A stretch of DNA of 64,000 nt from Candidatus Dojkabacteria bacterium (GTDB taxonomy: Bacteria > Patescibacteriota > Dojkabacteria > J137): assembly GCA_040006935.1 (NCBI GenBank), contig JBDTVZ010000001.1, forward strand, positions 295,772 to 359,771, read 5' to 3'. The translations under genes were made by a program, and so were the position numbers. The notes under the pieces are model-generated. The model was not told the origin of the DNA. It did not search any database and worked only from the letters and a program-made list of their open reading frames with translations. Below, piece after piece: positions 1 through 6,752 of the stretch (within the stretch, counting starts at the first letter, position 1; each line of letters begins with the position of its first letter).

Positions 1-742
1 TAAATTTCTCTTCGTCTGTGGAATAACCAACAGCATTTGCATAATTAGTTAAAGCATCAAACCAAACATACATTACTTGAGCGTCATCTCCTGGAACAGG
101 AATTCCCCAAGGAAGATTTTTCTTAAGTCTGGAAATGCTAATGTCCTCGATATTTTTTATAAAGTTGATTAACTCATCGTATTTAGAACTTGGTTTTAAT
201 TTATCTTTATTTTTTGCATAAATATCTAAGAGTTCTTCCTTGTATTTAGAAAGTTTAAAGAAGTAATTTTCTTCTGAATATTGAATTGGTACTGTATTAT
301 GTAAGGGACATTTACCATCTACTAAATCTTTTTCTGTTTTGAATTCTTCACAACCAACGCAGTAAAGGCCTTCGTATTTCTTTTTATAAATATCTCCTTT
401 TGCATCACAAGCTTTCCAGAATGCCTGAGCTGCTTTGTAATGAGCTGGATCTGTTGTTCTGTAAAAATTATCATAATTTATATTGAATAATTTACAGAAT
501 TCCTGCCATTTTGCAGCATAAAAATCTGCATATTCTTTTGGAGTTTGATTTTCTGCTAAAGCCTTTTCGTAAATCTTTAAGCCGTGTTCGTCTGTTCCCA
601 CATTGAAGAAGACGTTTTCTACACCTAATTGCTTTCGGTAAAATCGAATAATCGCATCTGCCTGGAAAAACTCCAATGCATGGCCAATGTGTGGCGCAGC
701 ATTTACGTAGGGCAGAGTTGTTGTTAAGTAAAACTTTGTCAT
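1..742 (-). CDS. metG: Methionyl-tRNA synthetase (5' part; runs off window)
   Basis: Manual translation from ATG at 742: MTKFYLTTTLPYVNAAPHIGHALEFFQAD..GTDEHG..YEGLYCVGCEEF..CPLH..YVWFDALTNY. These are the class I HIGH and MetRS motifs. Not in the ORF track. Confidence 0.96.
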   Translation of the reverse strand, partial: MTKFYLTTTLPYVNAAPHIGHALEFFQADAIIRFYRKQLGVENVFFNVGTDEHGLKIYEKALAENQTPKEYADFYAAKWQEFCKLFNINYDNFYRTTDPAHYKAAQAFWKACDAKGDIYKKKYEGLYCVGCEEFKTEKDLVDGKCPLHNTVPIQYSEENYFFKLSKYKEELLDIYAKNKDKLKPSSKYDELINFIKNIEDISISRLKKNLPWGIPVPGDDAQVMYVWFDALTNYANAVGYSTDEEKF

Positions 743-882
743 GTTAAAAAAGTCTAGTAAATTAAGTTATTATAGCACTTCAAAGCTGTTTGAGAATTTG
801 CAGAGCAAATACTAAAACTTAGCTTAGCGTTCCCTTTCGGGATTATTTGTAATGAATATACTTGAAATTTAGATGTAGAAAA

Positions 883-945
883 TTAGGCAGCGGTAGCCGC
901 CATCATGAAGAAATTATTTTTTATCGAAGGTTCATTTGTGAACAT
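883..945 (-). promoter_or_regulatory. Putative leader peptide MFTNEPSIKNNFFMMAATAA upstream of metG
   Basis: 20-codon ORF with tandem ATGATG followed by the hairpin GGCGGC-TACC-GCTGCC. TATAAT (957-952) lies 6 nt before its ATG. Confidence 0.55.
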
Positions 946-975
946 ATAGTGATTATATCTTAATATATTCAAGAT

Positions 976-1623
976 TTAAACCAGTTGTTTCCAAATAGCC
1001 GTCAACTCTTGAGAAAGTTCTTCTTGGAACTGTACACTATTCATCATATGAATTGCCTTTTCTTCGTCACCATTTGATTTCTCATTTAATAGCTTATTTC
1101 TTACCTCCAAAGCAATGCCTGCAATTATTTCCGCTAAATTTAGATAGGAATTTAGTTCTTCTGTATAAAATTGATCACTGTAATATTTTGTAATCACATC
1201 ATTTTTCAATAGTCTTGAAAAAAATCCCTTTGGGTCTTTTCCTATCAAATGCCAAAACCATAGTGCTGCTGCTTGCTCTTTAGTATCATCTGGCCTTAAC
1301 TTATCAATATCTTCTATAAAGAAGAAAGGTCCTTTTCTATTTTTCAATTGGCTAATTAATTCAGCAAAATTTATATCAAAACTTTTTAAACTTGTTGAAA
1401 GCTCTTCAATAGTTTTTAGAAATTCTGGATCAAAAGTAACTGCGCTAACAAGAGATCTCTGAGCATCAGTCTGAAGATTTAAGGGTTCTTTCTTTAAGTT
1501 GAAAATATTCTTAGCTTTTGCAGAATTTTTCTCTATCCATCTTTTTAGAAATATAAGTGCATTTGGATTCTTTTGTAAATATTCAATTTGTTGAGTTTTT
1601 ATTTCTGGGAATACATTTGTCAT
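976..1623 (-). CDS. Hypothetical protein
   Basis: 215-aa ORF overlapping the upstream gene by 4 bp; no motif recognised. Confidence 0.7.
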   Translation of the reverse strand: MTNVFPEIKTQQIEYLQKNPNALIFLKRWIEKNSAKAKNIFNLKKEPLNLQTDAQRSLVSAVTFDPEFLKTIEELSTSLKSFDINFAELISQLKNRKGPFFFIEDIDKLRPDDTKEQAAALWFWHLIGKDPKGFFSRLLKNDVITKYYSDQFYTEELNSYLNLAEIIAGIALEVRNKLLNEKSNGDEEKAIHMMNSVQFQEELSQELTAIWKQLV

Positions 1624-2360
1624 TTTAATTTATCTAATTCTTTTTGTAAGATATCTCTTTCAACTTCAGCACGGAAAGTTTTATAAAAAGTTATTATTTC
1701 CGCAACTGTTGCTGAGTTTGTTACTGATTTACATTCAATTGGATAAAACCCAATTAGCCTTTTATTTTCAGAATTATAATTTATTTGTGATGGAAAGTAT
1801 CTTCCAGGAAAAACATAATCATATTTATTCCAATCTAAGGCAGCTTCTAACATGGGGCTTGGAGTTGTTGATAAAATCGTTACTGATTGTGGGTTTCGGT
1901 TTTTATCTTCTGTATTGTAGTAAAGAGATGTTACATCTGCATTTACAAAACAATACCTATTGTCTTCTGATGCTACGTAAAGAAATAATTTAGACTTTTT
2001 ATCTTCAAAAGTAAATTCCTTCTTTTGTTGATTATTGTCACTTGTGCTTATGGAAAAACTCTCCTTTTCATTTGTAATTCTTGTATAAGCTTCAAAAGTT
2101 GGGAGATTTAATACTTGTTCACTTTCTTGGAAAATTAAATCAGAGTCACTTAAATTAAATATCGAAACTGCATTTTTATATTCTAATTTTGACGCTGTTA
2201 CATTTGTTGCTAAAACGGTCACAGTAGAAGAGAGAAGGAGAGCAATTAACCAAACCGATACTATTTGTCCTCGATCATTAATTATTCTTAAGGTAAGAGT
2301 TTTAGCGTGTTTAAAAACATGTTTTAAAAAGGAAAGGCTTTTCCTTACGTAATCTCTCAT
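1620..2360 (-). CDS. Hypothetical membrane-anchored/secreted protein
   Basis: 246-aa ORF with one hydrophobic segment (IVSVWLIALLLSSTVTVLA); stop/start overlap with gatC. Confidence 0.7.
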   Translation of the reverse strand: MRDYVRKSLSFLKHVFKHAKTLTLRIINDRGQIVSVWLIALLLSSTVTVLATNVTASKLEYKNAVSIFNLSDSDLIFQESEQVLNLPTFEAYTRITNEKESFSISTSDNNQQKKEFTFEDKKSKLFLYVASEDNRYCFVNADVTSLYYNTEDKNRNPQSVTILSTTPSPMLEAALDWNKYDYVFPGRYFPSQINYNSENKRLIGFYPIECKSVTNSATVAEIITFYKTFRAEVERDILQKELDKLK

Positions 2361-2665
2361 TAGTCTTTGTTGATAATCTTACTAGTAACAATATATCCGT
2401 ATTTTGATCTACCATCAGTAGCATTTTTAAGAAGTTTATCCTGAGATAATGATGGTTTCACCACATCTTCTTGCAAAACTCTTCCTTTAAAATCTGATAA
2501 ATTATGTTCAAACTCAATACCTGTAGTATCGCATTCTTGAATCTGAGAAACATAATCCAGAATATGATTAAATTCTCCAGCAAATTTATCTAATTCTTCA
2601 TTAGAAAAATCTAATTTTGCTAATTCTGCTATTTTTTTAATTTCTTCTTTAGTTAGTGTGTTCAT
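2360..2665 (-). CDS. gatC: Asp/Glu-tRNA amidotransferase subunit C
   Basis: LTKEEIKKIAELAKL..ILDYVSQI..LQEDVV..LLKNA pattern, about 100 aa. Confidence 0.92.
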   Translation of the reverse strand: MNTLTKEEIKKIAELAKLDFSNEELDKFAGEFNHILDYVSQIQECDTTGIEFEHNLSDFKGRVLQEDVVKPSLSQDKLLKNATDGRSKYGYIVTSKIINKD

Positions 2666-2747
2666 TGCTATTTCCTTTTGTCATGTTGAGGTTCTCAAAC
2701 CATGACTTTATTATTATTTAGTTTAGTTCAAAATTTTAGTTTTTACC

Positions 2748-2801
2748 AGGGCGTGTTACGCCCAAGTTCTTTTGTGTCATGGTGAGCGGAGTCGAACCAT
2801 G
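2748..2801. repeat. 54-bp composite palindromic repeat, copy 1
   Basis: AGGGCGTGTTACGCCCAAGTTCTTTTGTGTCATGGTGAGCGGAGTCGAACCATG; 53/54 identical to 3606-3659; degenerate half-copy at about 2679-2706. Confidence 0.92.
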
Positions 2802-2809
2802 ATTTTTCA

Positions 2810-3538
2810 TTATAAAAGTTTAGTTAAATCATTTTTAAATTCGAATTGGAAATCACTCAAGGGTTTATACCCACCTATCTTATTTAATACATTATTATAC
2901 AATTGATTCCAGTAATTATACTTAATTTGAGGATCACTTTCATTAATAAATTCCCCTAATAATTCCAGAAACTCTTTATTCCATTCTCCTAAATCCTTAA
3001 TTAATCTCTTATCACTTACATACCACTTTTCATTGCTAGCATAGAGAGCTTTTATTAACTCATTAATAGCTACATGCATAGATAATAAGGTTGAATCTTT
3101 GTCACTATTAAGATACCTAGTTATTTTATTATTTAAATGATAAATCGAGAAGCGAACATCGTACTCTAATCTTTTATCAAAAATCCTTGGTTTCGCATTT
3201 TCTCTTACGTAATCTCTTAAAGTTGTTGTTTCACCTTCTTTATCAAAAAGTATTTTACTTTCATAAATAATAGGAGGACGGTCACCTTTTTCCATCTCTT
3301 TTTCGGTGGATCTTTTAAGTTGTTGATAGGAAATAAAGGTAAGATCTAACTTAATACCCTCAATAACAGGATTAAGAATAGTAAATGGTCTATCTTCTTT
3401 AGTTATTACCTTAAAATCTAAATCACTGTCTGGACCAAATTCATCCCTAACATAGGAACCAAAAATAAAAGCAGCAATATATTCATCATACTGTTGAAGT
3501 TGCCTTATTTTTTCTATAACTACTAGCGGAGAGGACAT
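2810..3538 (-). CDS. Nucleotidyltransferase domain protein (Pol-beta/MNT fold with helical C-terminal domain)
   Basis: FGSYVR..DSDLD motif. Confidence 0.85.
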   Translation of the reverse strand: MSSPLVVIEKIRQLQQYDEYIAAFIFGSYVRDEFGPDSDLDFKVITKEDRPFTILNPVIEGIKLDLTFISYQQLKRSTEKEMEKGDRPPIIYESKILFDKEGETTTLRDYVRENAKPRIFDKRLEYDVRFSIYHLNNKITRYLNSDKDSTLLSMHVAINELIKALYASNEKWYVSDKRLIKDLGEWNKEFLELLGEFINESDPQIKYNYWNQLYNNVLNKIGGYKPLSDFQFEFKNDLTKLL

Positions 3539-3605
3539 ACTGAGTTGAAACTATAGTAATTAATATAATCAATGCCTGAGTTTAGTGTTAACTCAACATA
3601 TGATA

Positions 3606-3659
3606 AGGGCGTGTTACGCCCTAGTTCTTTTGTGTCATGGTGAGCGGAGTCGAACCATG
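3606..3659. repeat. 54-bp composite palindromic repeat, copy 2
   Basis: Direct repeat of 2748-2801. Confidence 0.92.
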
Positions 3660-3677
3660 TTCTATATTTCTGATGGG

Positions 3678-3863
3678 ATTGACGTGCCCTCACTTCGTTC
3701 GGGCTCGCAATGACAACAATAAATAATTATAAATGATCAATTATGAATTATAAGTCCTTATTAAAAAAATTGAGATTCTTCTATTAACCTCCTGCCGTCA
3801 GGCACGGCAAGCTCCATGCCAGCATGCCTAAGGCAGCCGAGGAGGCAGGCAAGCAGGGCAGGC
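3678..3863. repeat. REP-like palindromes (..CTCGCAATGAC type and CCTGCC..GGCAGG type)
   Basis: GC-rich hairpins sharing motifs with 9660-9703, 51499-51534, 13380-13420 and 40093-40140. Confidence 0.7.
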
Positions 3864-3901
3864 TCATTCTGAGATTCTTCTTTTAATTTTTAATTATTAA
3901 T

Positions 3902-5266
3902 TTATAATTGTATTTCCTCTTGCATACTTGGAATATAGCAACTGTTAATTCTCTCACCTTCAAAATATTCTTTTAAAGCTGTTGATCTGTCAATTTCCGC
4001 ATGAATTAAGAATACTTTCTTAAGCTTTTCGTTTGTAAATCTTTTTAACCAAGCTGAATAATCATTTGTATCTCCGTGTGCAGAAAATCCTTTTAATAAA
4101 TGAATTTTAGCTTTTACACTTATGTTTCTACTTCCAATTACAACATTCTTAGCTCCTTCAGTTAATTCTCTTCCTAAAGTTCCTTCTGCTTGATAGCCAA
4201 CAAATATCACAGCATTCTTTGGATTTTCTAATGATCTAGATAAATGCTCTACAATTCTTCCGCCGTCTGCCATTCCACTTCCTGCAATAACAACTTGACC
4301 TGTTTTGCTAGCAATTCCTTGTGATTGTTTATATTTATTTACATAAATTAAACCTTCAAAGTCGAACAAGTTTTCTTCTCCATGTTGTAATGCAGAAATA
4401 TAAATTCTTGTAACTCTTTGAGCTAAAGGACTATCTAACCAAACTTTCAAATCTCTAGTTAGAGCTCCAGCTTGTTTTGCAATTTTTAAGTCATTTAAAA
4501 TTTCCTGAGTTCTTTGTACTGCAAACGATGGAATGAATACACTTCCTCCAGTGCTTACAGTATTACTTATAAGTGTAATCATCTCATTTACAGATTCTTG
4601 TCTTTCTGGGTGAAATTGTCCTCCATAAAGAGATTCTACTAAAACATAATCAGGTTGAGATCGATATTCTCTATCGAATGTATCGATAATATTTGATCCC
4701 ATTCTTCCAATATCACCTGAGAATATTATCTTTTTCCAAACGCCATCATCTTCAATATCTACCTCAATACTTGCAGCTCCTAAAATATGTCCAGCAACTA
4801 AATAAGTTACTTTAATTCCATCTGCAGGTTCGAAAGTCTCATCAAAATTTACTGGCTTAAACTTAGCAATTGTTTTTATTGCATCATTATTATCGTAAAC
4901 AAGAGCTTTAACCTTAGTATACTTTCCATAGAATTCACCTCTCTTAAAATTACTCTCTTGTATTTTGGCAGAATCTAATAAAAGCTCAGTTGAAATTTGA
5001 ATTGTATTGCTTGTTGCATAAATTACACCTTCGAAACCATTCTTTGTAAGCTTTGGAAGCATTCCTGAATGGTCAATATGAGAATGAGTAAGTAGAGCGA
5101 AGTCTAAATCTGTAGGATTATATGAAAGTTCTTCCAAATTCAAGTGTTCTACATCCGGACCTTGAAACATTCCACAATCCACAGCAAAAGTACCATGATT
5201 TGTTGTTACTACATAGTTAGAACCTGTAACGGTTTTAGCCGCACCGCAAAATTTAATTTTTATCAT
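3902..5266 (-). CDS. MBL-fold beta-CASP ribonuclease (YSH1/RNase J superfamily)
   Basis: THSHIDHSG, AGHILG, FSGD, AGSGMADGGR, VGYQAEGTLGR and GFSAH motifs. Confidence 0.93.
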   Translation of the reverse strand: MIKIKFCGAAKTVTGSNYVVTTNHGTFAVDCGMFQGPDVEHLNLEELSYNPTDLDFALLTHSHIDHSGMLPKLTKNGFEGVIYATSNTIQISTELLLDSAKIQESNFKRGEFYGKYTKVKALVYDNNDAIKTIAKFKPVNFDETFEPADGIKVTYLVAGHILGAASIEVDIEDDGVWKKIIFSGDIGRMGSNIIDTFDREYRSQPDYVLVESLYGGQFHPERQESVNEMITLISNTVSTGGSVFIPSFAVQRTQEILNDLKIAKQAGALTRDLKVWLDSPLAQRVTRIYISALQHGEENLFDFEGLIYVNKYKQSQGIASKTGQVVIAGSGMADGGRIVEHLSRSLENPKNAVIFVGYQAEGTLGRELTEGAKNVVIGSRNISVKAKIHLLKGFSAHGDTNDYSAWLKRFTNEKLKKVFLIHAEIDRSTALKEYFEGERINSCYIPSMQEEIQL

Positions 5267-5394
5267 TGAGAAAATTATTAATAAGTAAGATAAACCACCT
5301 CAAACCCATATCTAATTGGCAGGCAATGAGGAAAAATTCAATATTAAATCGCTAAATGATAACAGAAATTGAGCGAAAAATGCTAAGATTAATG

Positions 5395-5482
5395 CAGATA
5401 ACAGCTACAGAAGCTAGATTACAGATAATTGTGTAAGTTTATTCTGTTATCTGTTATCTGTTATCTGTTATCTGTTATCTGT
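5395..5482. repeat. Heptamer tandem/inverted array (CTGTTAT)x5
   Basis: Five perfect CTGTTAT units at 5444-5478, with degenerate inverted ACAGATA units upstream. Confidence 0.85.
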
Positions 5483-5486
5483 AAAT

Positions 5487-5810
5487 ATGTTGCCAAAACA
5501 TTTAAGACTTCCTTCCAAGGAAATTGTACGAATAGCTAAGAATGGAAAGCGATTTTCAGGTGAACTTTTTGATTTAAAAGTTTGGTACGATAATACTTTG
5601 GGAAATCCTTTAATGACAATATCTATTTCAGTGAAAGTCGATAAGAGATCTACTGTGAGAAATAAAATAAAAAGAAAACTGAGAGCAGTATGGGCAGAAT
5701 TACTTAAAGAAAATAAAATTACAAAAGGGAAGTATTTAATAATTGTAAAATCTCCAAAATTAGAAGAAACTGAGAATTCTGAAATTAAGAAATTACTTTC
5801 CTCAAAGTAG
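5487..5810 (+). CDS. rnpA: Ribonuclease P protein component
   Basis: MLPKHLRL..ISISVKVDKRSTVRNKIKRKLR (RNR motif). Confidence 0.9.
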   Translation: MLPKHLRLPSKEIVRIAKNGKRFSGELFDLKVWYDNTLGNPLMTISISVKVDKRSTVRNKIKRKLRAVWAELLKENKITKGKYLIIVKSPKLEETENSEIKKLLSSK

Positions 5811-5814
5811 AATA

Positions 5815-6108
5815 TTACATTCTCTCGTAACCGTGGGGACTGGGATTAGCTCTTATAAATTCCTTGATCTCTTCCATTTTTATCTCTTTAGAAGTGCTCA
5901 AAAGCTCTTGTAAAAATAGAAACAATTCCTTCTTATCTATTTTAATTATAAAGCTGGCTTGAAGTTGTTTTATTTCCCAGGGTTGGATTGCCAACTCTAA
6001 TAAATCTGTAATATCCCATAGTGTCATTCTTTCTTCTAGAGAAGCTATGAGTTCTTTAAAAGAATTACAATTTATCCAATCAAATTCAGTTGTTTTTGGA
6101 AATTCCAT
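5815..6108 (-). CDS. Small acidic hypothetical protein, tandem paralog 3
   Basis: MEFPKTTEFDWINCNSFKELIASL resembles its two neighbours; start placed at the second Met. Confidence 0.7.
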   Translation of the reverse strand: MEFPKTTEFDWINCNSFKELIASLEERMTLWDITDLLELAIQPWEIKQLQASFIIKIDKKELFLFLQELLSTSKEIKMEEIKEFIRANPSPHGYERM

Positions 6109-6112
6109 GATT

Positions 6113-6403
6113 TTAAAATTCAATCTGATTTATAAATTTTTGAACATTTTCTTTACTTAAATTAGGAAATTCTTCATTTTCCATTGCATTACTAATCCTT
6201 TCTATTATATCTTCCAGAGCCCAATGTTGTATAAATTCATATTCTTTAGAAGAGATATAATTTCCTTTTTTTAAAACTATAATTAATAGTTTTTGAATTT
6301 CAGTATCATCAAAGAAGCATCGTTCTCTTATAGATTCTACGAGTTCATCAATATTTCCAGATCTTAACCAGCTCTCTATTTTTACCTCTTTAGGCTTTTC
6401 CAT
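6113..6403 (-). CDS. Small acidic hypothetical protein, tandem paralog 2
   Basis: ESWLRSGNIDELVESI..IQKLLIIVLK..NEEFPNL. Confidence 0.72.
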   Translation of the reverse strand: MEKPKEVKIESWLRSGNIDELVESIRERCFFDDTEIQKLLIIVLKKGNYISSKEYEFIQHWALEDIIERISNAMENEEFPNLSKENVQKFINQIEF

Positions 6404-6418
6404 AAAATAATATTAGAT

Positions 6419-6742
6419 TTAAAATTCAGAAACAACAGAATCTACAGTAAAACCTTCACCTATTAGATATTGTTTTATCACTCCTGTTCCAAGCTCGGGC
6501 AAATCCTCATTATGAAAAGCTTCTACAACCTTATCTAAAATATCGGCACAATTAGCAGCACTTATAAAGATTTCCTCTTCTTCAAGCAGAGGTCGTTTTT
6601 TTATTGCAATGGAGAACAGTAATTGAATCTGTCGAGGCTTCAAATTTGTATTAGTTAATATAGATTCAATTAATTCTTCTAGACTTCCAGAAAAATTTAT
6701 CCAATCAATGACATCCTGCTTTTTCTCTTGTCTTATTTCCAT
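6419..6742 (-). CDS. Small acidic hypothetical protein, tandem paralog 1
   Basis: DWINFSGSLEELIESI..IQLLFSIAIK..NEDLPEL. Confidence 0.72.
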   Translation of the reverse strand: MEIRQEKKQDVIDWINFSGSLEELIESILTNTNLKPRQIQLLFSIAIKKRPLLEEEEIFISAANCADILDKVVEAFHNEDLPELGTGVIKQYLIGEGFTVDSVVSEF

Positions 6743-6752
6743 ATTTATTAAA

